Part shown: positions 10,214 to 20,254 of the stretch, in pieces | Numbering within the stretch: position 1 is the stretch's first letter | Layout: each line of letters begins with the position of its first letter | The notes under the pieces: generated by a model | What the model was told of the DNA's origin: nothing | Seen by the model: the letters and a program-made list of their open reading frames with translations, nothing else | The model's database searches: none | Program-made: the position numbers and the translations under genes | Assembly: GCA_965216565.1 (NCBI GenBank) | Contig: OZ244170.1 | Location: 3,744,001-3,808,000, forward strand | DNA from: Bythopirellula sp. | GTDB lineage: Bacteria > Planctomycetota > Planctomycetia > Pirellulales > Lacipirellulaceae | Length of the DNA: 64,000 bases | Direction of reading: 5' to 3'

Positions 10214-10287
10214 TAGCCGGAGGCACACCTGCCTCCGGAGCCCAGCGGACCGCCCACCACGGCGGGTAGACAGTGGCGGTCCGGCTA
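10214..10287 (-). repeat. REP/MITE-like element, copy 2
   Basis: Reverse complement of 6980-7052 with the same TAGCCGGA/TCCGGCTA termini. Confidence 0.75.
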
Positions 10288-10384
10288 TTGCACTTGAAGA
10301 CACTTCTTCACAATGCAGCAGCCTCAGCTCCATGGTCCTAAAGTACCTGCAAACAGGATCCAGCCAACGCGTCGCTTGCCAATC

Positions 10385-11017
10385 TCAACTCGGCAGCAAC
10401 TTCGGCGTTGGCCAACGGGTGCCTACAATCTTGCCATGCTCGGCAACCAACTCGTCGAAGCGATGCTCCAAGAACTCGTAGAGATGCGCCGGCGGGTCGA
10501 GGGCTAACCATCGTTGGGCCAGGCGATCCATCTGGGCGTCGTACGCTTTTTGCGATGGTCCGTGCGCATAGCAGCGCCCCGCGTGACGGCGGAGATCGCC
10601 ATCGAACGCGGGGCCAATATGCCACAGTTCGTGGACGATTGTGGAGAGCTTTTCTTCCAAGCTCGTGTTTTGAAATCTCGGCAGATAGAAGCTGAGAATG
10701 TACAGAAACTCTCGCCCCTGCTCATCGCGAAGCGATTCGACTCCGTAGCGCCGGCCCCCCATCAGCTGATAGTCGGCTCCGGCTTGAAACTTGAGCGGTG
10801 TGAGCGAAGCATAGATGCCGTGTGTGGTGTCTTGCCGGGCTTGATTCAGGCTGATGGCCACACGCGAAAGATCGATATGGCCCAGCTCGGCAAGACGGGT
10901 CGTCATGTCCGAACAAAGTCGGCGCATCGCGCGGCAAAAGTCAAACTGGGGGCTGGCCGGCAATCGATTGCCACGCCGCTGTGAGGGCCGTCCTTTGGCC
11001 GGGCGATTCATCGCCAT
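10385..11017 (-). CDS. Putative phage-type zinc metallopeptidase
   Basis: TIVHELWHI (HExxH); start trimmed to MAMNRP, 46 bp after rplQ. Confidence 0.75.
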   Translation of the reverse strand: MAMNRPAKGRPSQRRGNRLPASPQFDFCRAMRRLCSDMTTRLAELGHIDLSRVAISLNQARQDTTHGIYASLTPLKFQAGADYQLMGGRRYGVESLRDEQGREFLYILSFYLPRFQNTSLEEKLSTIVHELWHIGPAFDGDLRRHAGRCYAHGPSQKAYDAQMDRLAQRWLALDPPAHLYEFLEHRFDELVAEHGKIVGTRWPTPKLLPS

Positions 11018-11063
11018 ATTGCCATCACCAAATTGAGAATCTAGCGAAGAATTTGTTGCCGAA

Positions 11064-11777
11064 CTATTCGGCGTCCTTTTTCTCTTCAGCTTTTTCTTCC
11101 GCATTAGCAGCGTCATCCGCTCCGTCCGCAGAAGCTTCCTCGCTACTAGCGTCTGTGGACTCTTCTGTTGCGTCTGATTCTTCTGCTGCTGGTTTCGTCT
11201 CTGAGGTTTCTTCTGAATCTTCGAAAGCTGGCTTTTCGCTGCGCTGCACAACGCGGTCGCGGACTCCAACAAATTCCAGAATCGCCCGGACGCCGGCGTC
11301 GCCGAGTCGTGGTTGAGCCATTCGTACGATTCGCGTGTAACCGCCGGGACGATCAGCAAAACGGGGGGCGATTTCATCGAACAAGAGAGCTACCGCCTCC
11401 TTGTCTTGCAGCAGTTGCAAACAGCGTCGGCGAGCGGCAACTACTGGTGCTACCGCTTGGTTCCAGGCTCGCCAGTTATCGCTTTGTCGCCACGTCTTCC
11501 ACTCTTGGCTACCACGCTCGGCACTCGTCTCGTGCTGGGCGGCAGCCTCTTCGGCAGATTGGGCGCGACGGGCGATGGTAATGCATTTTTCCACCAACGG
11601 CCGCACTTCCTTGGCCTTGGCAATCGTCGTGATAATGCGGCCCTTTACCTTGGGGGCATTGTCGTCGAACTCAGCGTCGCGCTCAGTCAAAATCAAGGCA
11701 CTCGCCAAGTTTCTCAGCAACGCGCGTTGATGCTTCGGATTGCGACCAAGCTTTCGGCCTTTTCTGCGATGTCTCAT
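11064..11777 (-). CDS. rplQ: 50S ribosomal protein L17 with insertions and acidic tail
   Basis: MRHRRKGRKLGR..HQRALLRNL, RPGGYTRI. Confidence 0.96.
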   Translation of the reverse strand: MRHRRKGRKLGRNPKHQRALLRNLASALILTERDAEFDDNAPKVKGRIITTIAKAKEVRPLVEKCITIARRAQSAEEAAAQHETSAERGSQEWKTWRQSDNWRAWNQAVAPVVAARRRCLQLLQDKEAVALLFDEIAPRFADRPGGYTRIVRMAQPRLGDAGVRAILEFVGVRDRVVQRSEKPAFEDSEETSETKPAAEESDATEESTDASSEEASADGADDAANAEEKAEEKKDAE

Positions 11778-11836
11778 GGCTTTAACTCTCAATGTTAAGC
11801 GCGGGCGATAGGCTCCCGAACTTAGCGACAAAGGAA

Positions 11837-12832
11837 CTACATAGTTGCTGCGGGACTAGGAACTCGCATACCCAAATGCAAACCAAGTTCTCGAAGTTTC
11901 ATCTGCACCTCAGCAAGTGTTGTCTCGCCAAAGTTGCGAACTTCTAGAAGCTGGTCTTCCGAACGGGTAACCAATTCTCGAACCGTCATTATGTTTTCCG
12001 ATTCCAGGCAGTTACCTGCCCGCACGGATAGATTCAACTCGGCAATGCTCATGTTGAGCTTGGCTTCCAACGCGCTGTCGGCGTTCGACATAGAAGCTCC
12101 ACGAGCAGCAGCGTGAACTTGGGGACCAAGCTCGGTGTACTGCACAAATGGCGTGAGATGCTTTCGCATGATCTTCGCCGATTCGACCATCGCCATCTCG
12201 GGTCCGACCGAACCATCGGTGAAGACTTCGATCGTTAGTTTGTCGTAGTTCGTCTTTTGACCAACACGAGTCTCTTCCACCTGGTAGCGTACTCGGGTGA
12301 CCGGACTGAACACTGCGTCGACCGGAATGATACCGATCTCCTGAATATTCTCGCCATGCTCAACAGAGGAAACATAGCCGCGACCATTTTCGACGACCAT
12401 TTCAATGACAAATTGCACGTCGTCGGTCAGCGTCGCGAGGACCAGGTCTTTGTTAATAATTTCAACCGACTCGTCACATTCCACGTCGGCAGCAGTAACG
12501 TCACCGGCGGTGTTCTTCTCCACTCGCAGCACCTTGGTGCTATCGCTGTGGTTTTTCACAATCAGTGACTTGACGTTGAGCACGATGTCGGTGAGGTCTT
12601 GCAGGACTCCCTCGATCGTCGTGAACTCGTGCTGAGCATTGTGTACTTTGATTTGAGTTACGGCACTGCCTTCCAGGCTGGAAAGCAAAATCCGCCTGAG
12701 GCTGTTGCCAATGGTCGTGCCGAAGCCGCGCTCAAAAGGCTCGGCAACGAACTTTCCATAGGTCGACGTCAGCGTGCTGCTTTCGCACGTTACGGCACTT
12801 GGTAACTCAAGTCCACGCCATCGAATATGCAT
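11837..12832 (-). CDS. rpoA: RNA polymerase alpha subunit
   Basis: [33 protein letters not shown], alpha-CTD LSVRA.NCL. Confidence 0.97.
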   Translation of the reverse strand: MHIRWRGLELPSAVTCESSTLTSTYGKFVAEPFERGFGTTIGNSLRRILLSSLEGSAVTQIKVHNAQHEFTTIEGVLQDLTDIVLNVKSLIVKNHSDSTKVLRVEKNTAGDVTAADVECDESVEIINKDLVLATLTDDVQFVIEMVVENGRGYVSSVEHGENIQEIGIIPVDAVFSPVTRVRYQVEETRVGQKTNYDKLTIEVFTDGSVGPEMAMVESAKIMRKHLTPFVQYTELGPQVHAAARGASMSNADSALEAKLNMSIAELNLSVRAGNCLESENIMTVRELVTRSEDQLLEVRNFGETTLAEVQMKLRELGLHLGMRVPSPAATM

Positions 12833-12939
12833 CAGAATCCTCCACAAAAGTGGCTTGGGTAAATACCCGAATTGAATCTTAAAAGAAATAACCTACTGAC
12901 CGTACAACTTGCGTACTAACGCGAGCAAAGCCCTGCATA

Positions 12940-13569
12940 CTACCGCGAGCAAAGCTCGACGATCAATTGCGTCTGGATCGGAATCGAGACATCCTCGGCC
13001 TGTGGCAAACGACCCACAACACCTTCCGGAATTTCTGCCTCGCCGCTAACGGTCAAGAAATCAGGCACATCGCTGCTTCCTTCGGACAAAGCACCTCGAA
13101 CCAGATCGAGACTCTTGGCACGATTCTTCACGCGAACGATGTCACCGACGTTGACCATGTAGCTGGCCACATCAACGCGACGGCCATTCACCGTCACGTG
13201 GCCATGATTCACCATCTGTCGAGCCTGGTTGCGGCTTTGACCGAAACCGAGTCGATGGACGATGTTGTCGAGCCGCCGCTCCAAGATGCTCATGAGCACA
13301 TCGCCCGTGTTGCCCTTGGTATGTTCGGCTTGATGGAAGTACTTCCGGAACTGTCGTTCCAGCACTCCATAGTAATGCTTTACCTTTTGCTTTTCGCGAA
13401 GGTGCAAACCGTAGTCGGTCATCTTGCCGCGACGATAGTTCTGTTGGCCGGGAGGCGCTTCGCGTCGCTCGAAGCCACACTTCGATGTGTCGCAACGCGT
13501 GCCTTTGAGAAACAACTTCATGCCATCGCGACGACAAAGTCGGCAAACGGGTCCGGTATATCTTGCCAT
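12940..13569 (-). CDS. rpsD: 30S ribosomal protein S4 (zinc-binding type)
   Basis: MARYTGPVCRLCRR, LREKQK, ERRLDN. Confidence 0.98.
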   Translation of the reverse strand: MARYTGPVCRLCRRDGMKLFLKGTRCDTSKCGFERREAPPGQQNYRRGKMTDYGLHLREKQKVKHYYGVLERQFRKYFHQAEHTKGNTGDVLMSILERRLDNIVHRLGFGQSRNQARQMVNHGHVTVNGRRVDVASYMVNVGDIVRVKNRAKSLDLVRGALSEGSSDVPDFLTVSGEAEIPEGVVGRLPQAEDVSIPIQTQLIVELCSR

Positions 13570-13675
13570 AAGTTTTATTCTGCTCTGTCTAACTAACGCT
13601 GTGAGAACTGATTTCTATGTTGAAAAATAGCTGCCAGCGGTCGCTCCATCTTTGGCAGGATCCATTTGCAAATAA

Positions 13676-14080
13676 CTACACGCGCCGCTTCTTGCGGGGC
13701 CGACAACCGTTGTGTGGCAGGGGCGTCACATCTTCGATTGACTTAACTTTCAAGCCAGCGGCTTCCAAAGCAGTGATGGCGCTTTCGCGACCGCTGCCGG
13801 GGCCCTTCACTTTGACGTCGACGTCCTTCATGCCGAACTTACGCGCCTTTTCGGCCGCCTGTTGTGCTGCACATTGCCCGGCGAACGGGGTGCTTTTGCG
13901 GCTTCCCTTGAATCCACTGGTCCCGGCACTCGCCCAACACAGGGTATCGCCCTTGGTGTCGGTGATAGTGACAGTCGTGTTGTTAAAGGTTGCCACGATA
14001 TGTGCGACGCCAACGGTCACGTTGCGACGTGCCGTCTTCTTTTTGGTCTTCGAGGTCTTGGCTTTTGTTGCTTTGGCCAC
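13676..14080 (-). CDS. rpsK: 30S ribosomal protein S11
   Basis: [24 protein letters not shown]. Confidence 0.98.
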   Translation of the reverse strand: MAKATKAKTSKTKKKTARRNVTVGVAHIVATFNNTTVTITDTKGDTLCWASAGTSGFKGSRKSTPFAGQCAAQQAAEKARKFGMKDVDVKVKGPGSGRESAITALEAAGLKVKSIEDVTPLPHNGCRPRKKRRV

Positions 14081-14167
14081 TGAGTGAGTTACTCCCTAAT
14101 AATCAATGTCTGTTTGAACGGCCTGTTTGGGTGATCGCTTGGTGGTGATCGCTACTGCAGGTCACGA

Positions 14168-14551
14168 TTACCTTAGATCTTTAACGCCCTTCTTACCGGC
14201 AACTGTCTTCTTAGGTCCCTTGCGAGTACGAGCATTGGTTTTGGTCCGCTGACCTCGTACCGGCAAACCACGACGATGTCGCAAGCCGCGATAGCAAGCG
14301 ATGTCGCGTAGTCGCGAAATGTTTTGACTTGTCTGACGACGCAATTGACCTTCAACGACGTAATCTTTGTCGAGCAGCGCCGCGAGGCGGGCTACTTCGT
14401 CTTCTCCCAACTCGCGAGCTCGTGCTTGCGCATCGACTCCCGCTTTGTGGCACAATTCTCGCGCTACCTTCGGACCAACACCGTAGAGGTAGGTTAGAGA
14501 GACGGCCGTGGGGCGATCTGGTGGTATGTCGACACCTAGCAAACGTGGCAT
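14168..14551 (-). CDS. rpsM: 30S ribosomal protein S13
   Basis: YRGLRHRRGLPVRGQRTKTNARTRKG. Confidence 0.98.
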   Translation of the reverse strand: MPRLLGVDIPPDRPTAVSLTYLYGVGPKVARELCHKAGVDAQARARELGEDEVARLAALLDKDYVVEGQLRRQTSQNISRLRDIACYRGLRHRRGLPVRGQRTKTNARTRKGPKKTVAGKKGVKDLR

Positions 14552-14636
14552 CTAATAAACTCCGAGTCTGGGAAATGATTTAGTTTTTTTGATTTGTATG
14601 GATTCGCAATTGGCGGGCGGCTGTACTGGCCACACT

Positions 14637-14804
14637 AGGGAATCGAGGAAAATAGCTTCCGTGTTTATTCTGGGTTTATTCTGGTTCCCCTCACCCAACC
14701 CTCTCCCCAAAGGGGCGAGGGATAGAGGAGAAGCAATTTTCCTCGACTCCTCAATAACTCCAACTCTTAGCTCTGGACTCTAAGCTCTTAGCTCTTAGCT
14801 CAAC
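14637..14804. repeat. Composite repeat spacer: 22-nt inverted pair enclosing a CCCCTCACCC..CTCTCCCC..GGGGCGAGGG palindrome, then a CTCTnnG heptamer array
   Basis: agggaatcgaggaaaatagcttc (14637-14659) pairs with gaagcaattttcctcgactcct (14730-14751); heptamers 14764-14804. Confidence 0.7.
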
Positions 14805-14806
14805 AA

Positions 14807-14920
14807 CTAACCCTGGCGTTGCTTGTGCCGCGGGTTGCTGCACACAACACGGACGACGCCGCGACGGCGAACGATTTTGCACTTGTCGCAAATCCGTTTC
14901 ACACTGGCTCGTACTTTCAT
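14807..14920 (-). CDS. rpmJ: 50S ribosomal protein L36 (below the ORF-track length cutoff)
   Basis: Hand translation [44 protein letters not shown]. Confidence 0.97.
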   Translation of the reverse strand: MKVRASVKRICDKCKIVRRRGVVRVVCSNPRHKQRQG

Positions 14921-14989
14921 CGCTGACTCCTTGTAGCTCCGCCAATACAACGGCTCCCTGCGGGTCCGCCGATATTGGGCAAACATATG

Positions 14990-15018
14990 AATATGACCGA
15001 CTTAGGCCATCCCTTCAA
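14990..15018 (-). promoter_or_regulatory. Putative sigma70 promoter for rpmJ/alpha block
   Basis: TTGAAG-17nt-CATATT. Confidence 0.5.
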
Positions 15019-15085
15019 GGGCTACTCACGCCTAGAAAGTCGGTTTTTTGCCGGGCTGCGACACAATAGATCGAACCAAGCCGGC

Positions 15086-15919
15086 TCACAGGCCTAGCTC
15101 TTCGAGCTCACCCGGCTCTGGAGGGCCTGTTAGCACTCGCGGACCACTTTCGGTGAGGGCCACCGTATGCTCGAAATGGGCACTTGCCAGGCCGTCGGAG
15201 GTGACTTGCGTCCACTGATCTTTCAGCATCTTCACCTTTTTCGTGCCCATGTTCACCATCGGCTCGACCGCGATCACCAAGCCGGGCTCGAGACGGAAGT
15301 CGCCCGATCCTCGGAGCGAGCGGCTGGGGAAATTTGGCACTTGTGGATCTTCATGCATATCGCGCCCGATCCCATGGCCGACAAAGCACTCCACGGTGGA
15401 ATACCCGTGGTCGGCCACGTAAATGGCCATTTGCTCGGCCACCTGGCTCCAACGCTCTTTCTCGGCCATCAACTCAATCGCCAGTGCGAGTACGCCCTGG
15501 GTGGCATCGAGCAATTTTCTGACTTCGGGGTCGATCTCACCCACGGGATGAGTCACCGCCGCATCGCCGCACCAACCGTTCAGCCGGCATCCGGTGTCCA
15601 TGCTCAGCACGTCGCCCTCTTCGAGTGAGCGATCCGTAGGAATGCCATGCACAACCGCTTCGTTGACGCTCATGCAGCAAACCGCTGGGAAGGGGCGCTT
15701 ATTACGTGAGGAATTCGGATAATTCTTGAACAGCGGCACTGCGCCCAACTTGGCAAAATGCTCTTCCACCGCGGCATCGATCTGGGCCGTTGTGGCGCCA
15801 GGGACTACCAATTTGGAGGCAATCTGGTGCGCTTGCCAGACGGCGAGCCCCGCCTTGCGCATGAGATTGATCTCCCGCTTGCTCTTCAACTCGATGTGAT
15901 GCGTTAAGTCTCTTTTCAT
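15086..15919 (-). CDS. map: Methionine aminopeptidase type I
   Basis: SVNEAVVHGIP, GHGIGRDMHEDP, SAHFEHTV. Confidence 0.96.
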   Translation of the reverse strand: MKRDLTHHIELKSKREINLMRKAGLAVWQAHQIASKLVVPGATTAQIDAAVEEHFAKLGAVPLFKNYPNSSRNKRPFPAVCCMSVNEAVVHGIPTDRSLEEGDVLSMDTGCRLNGWCGDAAVTHPVGEIDPEVRKLLDATQGVLALAIELMAEKERWSQVAEQMAIYVADHGYSTVECFVGHGIGRDMHEDPQVPNFPSRSLRGSGDFRLEPGLVIAVEPMVNMGTKKVKMLKDQWTQVTSDGLASAHFEHTVALTESGPRVLTGPPEPGELEELGL

Positions 15920-15931
15920 AGCGATTGCCGA

Positions 15932-16483
15932 TCAATCTTCCAAAGCCGCTGTAATGCGGGCGAACACCTCGTCCATTTCGCCAATCCCACTGACGGTCGC
16001 CAGGACGCCTTGAGCACGGTAATAGTCGAGTAGCGGCATGGTTAGTTCTCGATACTGGCTAAACCGTTTTTTCACGACTTCTTGATCGTCGTCGGCACGT
16101 CCTCGACCGTCGAGACGGCTTAGTAGAGTCTCTTCGTCCACCTGAAACTCGATGACTTTCGTCACCGGCAGGTAATGCTCTTTGCACCAATCGTCGAACG
16201 CCTGGGCCTGGATGAGGGTCCGAGGGAAACCGTCCATCACGCAGCCATTCTTGCAATCGGGCTCGGTAAGACGCTTGGCCACAATCGTTTGCACCATCGA
16301 GTCGGGCACCAGTCGCCCCGCTTGCATATACTCGTTTGCCTGATGGCCAATCTCTGAATCTGCCAGGCATGCCTGACGAAACATCTCGCCAGTCGAACAG
16401 TGGGGGACGGCCAAGTACTCCGCCAGCCGAACAGACTGCGTCCCTTTACCAGCACCTGGTGGACCTACAAAAATGACCAACAT
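15932..16483 (-). CDS. adk: Adenylate kinase (short LID)
   Basis: GPPGAGKGTQ, STGEMFR, DGFPRT, GRADD. Confidence 0.95.
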   Translation of the reverse strand: MLVIFVGPPGAGKGTQSVRLAEYLAVPHCSTGEMFRQACLADSEIGHQANEYMQAGRLVPDSMVQTIVAKRLTEPDCKNGCVMDGFPRTLIQAQAFDDWCKEHYLPVTKVIEFQVDEETLLSRLDGRGRADDDQEVVKKRFSQYRELTMPLLDYYRAQGVLATVSGIGEMDEVFARITAALED

Positions 16484-16554
16484 GGTTGTAGCTCTTTGCT
16501 CTCGGTCGCGGAGCAGCAACTTTTCGGATGATGCCCCCATGGATTTGGCCCAAC

Positions 16555-17910
16555 TTAGGATTTCTCAAGTAGTCCGGAGTAGTTCCGCATGACGAGGTGG
16601 CTGTCGATTTTCTGCACCAAGTCGAATGCCACGCTGACGGCAATCAAAAGGCCCGTTCCACCGTAGAAGCTGGCTACCATGAAAGAAACGCCCAACCTGT
16701 TGGATATTAGCGTCGGGATGATCGCCACCAAAGCCAAAAAACCGGCTCCCACATAAGTTATCCGGAACATTACCTTCTCCAGGTAATCCGCAGTTCGCTT
16801 CCCAGGACGATATCCCGGGATAAACGAACCGTAGTTCTTCAGGTTGTCGGAGACATCTTTCGGGTTGAAAGTAATCGCCGTCCAGAAGAAGCAGAAGAAG
16901 TAAATCAAGCCGATATAGGACAAAACGTAGATAAACGAGTCCCGGGCGAATGCCTCACCTAGCCAGCCGAACATTCCTCCCCAGAAACTGCCGGGCTCCC
17001 AATTAATTTTGGCTAGCTGCATGAAGACGATGCTTGGCAGCATCAGCAAACTGCTAGCAAAGATGATAGGCATGACGCCTGCCTGATTCACCTTCAAAGG
17101 CAAGTACTGACGGGTACCGCCGAACACTCGCCGGCCCCGAACGTGCTTTGCACTTTGCATGGGAATCCGACGTTGGCCCAGCGTGATGTAAACCACGCCC
17201 ACAACCACGGCAACAAACATGCAGGCCAGAATCAGCAAGTCTTCGATACCCTTTTTGCCTTGTCCCGCACCTAGTTCCAATGTTGCATCGTTAATTAGCT
17301 CGAAACCGGCTCCCGGCATCTGAGCCAAAATACCAGCCATAATCAGCAGACTAATCCCGTTGCCGATGCCAAACTCATCGATTTGCTCGCCGATCCACAT
17401 TAGAAATACGGTTCCCGCAGTCATCGTTAACACGCCCGCTATCTTCCAACTAAACGGCAAGACACCGCCTACCAGATAAGCGTCGTCGATAAAGTTCACG
17501 ACGTACGTGTTCATATAGATGAAGCTTTGGATCAGGCAAATCGCAACCGTTGCATAACGGGTGTACTCGTTGATCTTCTTTTGGCCTGCTTCGCCTTCCT
17601 TTTGCAAAGCTTCCAGGGGCGGATAAACGCTGCCCAAAAGCTGAAAGATAATGGAAGCCGAAATATAGGGCATAATGCCCAAGCCAAAGATGGTGACCAT
17701 ATTCAATTGGCTGGCACTAAAGACGGCGACTTGCTGTAGCACGTCGCCCATCCCACCACCCGCTTCACTGGCGGCCCGAAGTTTGTCGGCGTCGACAATG
17801 GGTAGCGGAATTTGAAATCCCAGCCGATAGATGGCTAGCAGACCGAGGGTCAGCAGAATTTTCTGGCGCAACTCGGGAATTTGCCAAACGACACGAATCT
17901 TTTCCCACAT
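16555..17910 (-). CDS. secY: Preprotein translocase SecY
   Basis: LGIMPYISASII, GIGNGISL, NQAGVMPIIFASS, FIPGYRPG. Confidence 0.98.
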   Translation of the reverse strand: MWEKIRVVWQIPELRQKILLTLGLLAIYRLGFQIPLPIVDADKLRAASEAGGGMGDVLQQVAVFSASQLNMVTIFGLGIMPYISASIIFQLLGSVYPPLEALQKEGEAGQKKINEYTRYATVAICLIQSFIYMNTYVVNFIDDAYLVGGVLPFSWKIAGVLTMTAGTVFLMWIGEQIDEFGIGNGISLLIMAGILAQMPGAGFELINDATLELGAGQGKKGIEDLLILACMFVAVVVGVVYITLGQRRIPMQSAKHVRGRRVFGGTRQYLPLKVNQAGVMPIIFASSLLMLPSIVFMQLAKINWEPGSFWGGMFGWLGEAFARDSFIYVLSYIGLIYFFCFFWTAITFNPKDVSDNLKNYGSFIPGYRPGKRTADYLEKVMFRITYVGAGFLALVAIIPTLISNRLGVSFMVASFYGGTGLLIAVSVAFDLVQKIDSHLVMRNYSGLLEKS

Positions 17911-18002
17911 GGGTGCATCCTGACTTTACATGTATCGCGAGAGGGTCGGAAGTTCAGGACAATATCGAAGGCGGGTTCGCTAATGCGATGTGACGGGGGA
18001 AG

Positions 18003-18518
18003 TTAGTTTTTGGCTGCGTTGCTCTTGGCTGCCTTTTTCTGGGCGGCAACTTTTTCGGCGACAGGCGTCTTACCAGGCACCACAACACATTCCCCACCTG
18101 CCTTTTCGATTTTCTCCTGCGCACTTTTGCTAAATCGATGAGCAGCGACTTTCAGCTTCGTCTTAATTTCGCCGTCACCAAGTACCTTGAGCACATCGAA
18201 TCGACCCCGAGCCAGATTCTTCTCAGCCAATGCTTCCAGGCTGACTTCTTCACCAGCGGAGAATGCTTCGTCAATCTGTCCGACATTCACAACTGCCACC
18301 TGGAGGGCCCAGCGATTGTTGAAACCACGCTTGGGGACCCGACGTACCAGCGGCATGGTACCGCCTTGGAAGGTTGGTTTGGAAGAGGAACCTCGGCGAG
18401 ATCCCTGACCTTTATGGCCACGACCGGAGGTCTTGCCGTGCCCCGAACCCGGGCCACGACCAATACGTTTTCGCTTTTTATTGCGGTTAATCCCGCGATG
18501 TACGTCGCTCAGAATCAT
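18003..18518 (-). CDS. rplO: 50S ribosomal protein L15
   Basis: [21 protein letters not shown]. Confidence 0.97.
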   Translation of the reverse strand: MILSDVHRGINRNKKRKRIGRGPGSGHGKTSGRGHKGQGSRRGSSSKPTFQGGTMPLVRRVPKRGFNNRWALQVAVVNVGQIDEAFSAGEEVSLEALAEKNLARGRFDVLKVLGDGEIKTKLKVAAHRFSKSAQEKIEKAGGECVVVPGKTPVAEKVAAQKKAAKSNAAKN

Positions 18519-19036
18519 GACAAAGTCACTCCCCGCAGCCGTTCCACGTCAAATTTGGGTCGAAGTTGATTCAAAGCAGCAATAGTGGCTTTGACCAGCG
18601 GAATTGGATTATTCGAGCCGAAACTCTTCGTCAAAATATTATGAATGCCAGCAGCTTCGCAAACAGCTCGCACTGCCGAACCAGCAATCACACCAGTACC
18701 AGGCGATGCTGGCACCAGCACGACACGGGCGGCTCCGTAGGTGCCGGTCACCTGGTGAGGAATGGTTTCATCCTCGACCGGTACAGCAACCATGCTCCGC
18801 ATGCCTTCTTTAACAGCCTTTTCGACGCTGGGAGGCACTTCGTTGGCCTTGCCATAGCCCCAACCCACCTTGCCTTTGCCATCGCCCACAACGACCATGG
18901 CAGCAAAGCTAAAGCGACGACCACCCTTAACCACGGCAGCACAGCGCTTAATTTTAACGATCTTTTCCAACAACTCGCCACGCTGCTTGTCTTTGGAATC
19001 GTCGGAACGTCGTTTCTTTTTCGAGCCGGTAGCCAC
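18515..19036 (-). CDS. rpsE: 30S ribosomal protein S5
   Basis: [28 protein letters not shown]. Confidence 0.97.
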   Translation of the reverse strand: MATGSKKKRRSDDSKDKQRGELLEKIVKIKRCAAVVKGGRRFSFAAMVVVGDGKGKVGWGYGKANEVPPSVEKAVKEGMRSMVAVPVEDETIPHQVTGTYGAARVVLVPASPGTGVIAGSAVRAVCEAAGIHNILTKSFGSNNPIPLVKATIAALNQLRPKFDVERLRGVTLS

Positions 19037-19112
19037 GTCGAAATACCTTTTGGGTGTCAGTAGTTAGTTGTATGTTGCCAGTTGTGCGTTGAAAGTGAAA
19101 TGCGGTCGCTCG

Positions 19113-19481
19113 TTAAAAATCCAAACCGCCAGAGCGTGCTGCTTCGGCCAAAGCTGCCACGCGACCGTGGAACTTAGACTCGCCCCGATCGAAGCAAACC
19201 TTGCTCACGCCTGCCTTGGAAGCGCGCTCGGCAATTTCCTTGCCAATCGCCTCAGCCGCGGCAATGTTGCCACCATACTTCACTTTTTTGGACAAATCTT
19301 TATCGGCAGTCGACGCACTCGCCAGCGTTTTGCCTGCCAAGTCGTCGATTATCTGCGCCGATATATTGCGATGGCTGCGAGTGACACAAAGTCGGGGTCG
19401 CTCGACAGAACCACGCGTTCGCTTACGCACGCGATAGGAGCGACGTTTGCGTTGTTTGCCAATTGCTTTGGAATGATCCAT
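19113..19481 (-). CDS. rplR: 50S ribosomal protein L18
   Basis: [28 protein letters not shown]. Confidence 0.96.
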   Translation of the reverse strand: MDHSKAIGKQRKRRSYRVRKRTRGSVERPRLCVTRSHRNISAQIIDDLAGKTLASASTADKDLSKKVKYGGNIAAAEAIGKEIAERASKAGVSKVCFDRGESKFHGRVAALAEAARSGGLDF

Positions 19482-19550
19482 GGTACGCTCGCAACTTTGT
19501 ATCTGATGTAGTGCTGTTTCGCAGCCTAACATCGGTTTGAACCTGCATTT

Positions 19551-19614
19551 GGTGAGTAGGTGAGTAAGTGAGTAGGTAAAAATCGAGACCTACTCACCTA
19601 CTCACTTACTCACC
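19551..19614. repeat. Inverted octamer (GTGAGTAG/A) array hairpin
   Basis: ggtgagtaggtgagtaagtgagtaggt ... acctactcacctactcacttactcacc. Confidence 0.85.
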
Positions 19615-19620
19615 CCATAA

Positions 19621-20163
19621 CTATTTTGCTGTCTTACCAGCCTTGCGCCGAACTTGTTCACCTTCGTAGCGAACGCCCTTACCCTTGTAAGGCTCCGGCT
19701 TGCGTGCGGCTCGTACTTCCGCCGCAAACTGGCCGACCTTCTGTTTGTCGATCCCCTTCACCACGATGTGAGTTTGGTCGGGACACGTGACCTCGACTCC
19801 CGCTGGGATCTTCTTGTGAATCTCATTGGCAAAACCGACACGCAACTGCAGGGTATCGCCCTGCAACGCAGCCAAATAGCCAACGCCGTGCACTTCCAGC
19901 TTCTTTTCATAGCCTTCGGTAACACCAACAATCATGTTTTGCACCAACGCGCGAGTCAGCCCATGGTAGGCCCGATCTTCGCGGTCGTCTTTCTCTCGCG
20001 AAACAACGACCTCTTTGCCATCGTCCCCGACAGTGACTTTCACCTCGGGTCGGTGGCTCCAAACGAGCTTGCCAAGCTTTCCTTCGACCGTAATCTCGCG
20101 ATTGGCCACGTTGACCTTCACGCCCGAGGGAATCTCAATAGGTTTTTTACCAATTCGCGACAT
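19621..20163 (-). CDS. rplF: 50S ribosomal protein L6
   Basis: MSRIGKKPI, RKPEPYKGKGVRY. Confidence 0.98.
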   Translation of the reverse strand: MSRIGKKPIEIPSGVKVNVANREITVEGKLGKLVWSHRPEVKVTVGDDGKEVVVSREKDDREDRAYHGLTRALVQNMIVGVTEGYEKKLEVHGVGYLAALQGDTLQLRVGFANEIHKKIPAGVEVTCPDQTHIVVKGIDKQKVGQFAAEVRAARKPEPYKGKGVRYEGEQVRRKAGKTAK

Positions 20164-20164
20164 G

Positions 20165-20254
20165 CTAGCTCTCAGCTTTCAGCACTCAGCACTCAGCTAC
20201 GTCAAACTTCAGCCATAACTAAGCTGAAAGCTGACCGCTGATAGCTGACCGCTA
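20165..20254. repeat. Inverted TCAGC/GCTGA heptamer array
   Basis: (ctcagct ttcagca ctcagca ctcagct) ... (gctgaaa gctgacc gctgata gctgacc). Confidence 0.85.

Noticed and set aside
11018..11377. Long N-terminus of the 330-aa ORF suggesting an rplQ-peptidase frameshift fusion
   Set aside because: It is the alternative frame of the low-complexity L17 tail; the peptidase has its own ATG at 11017 and no slippery site is evident.
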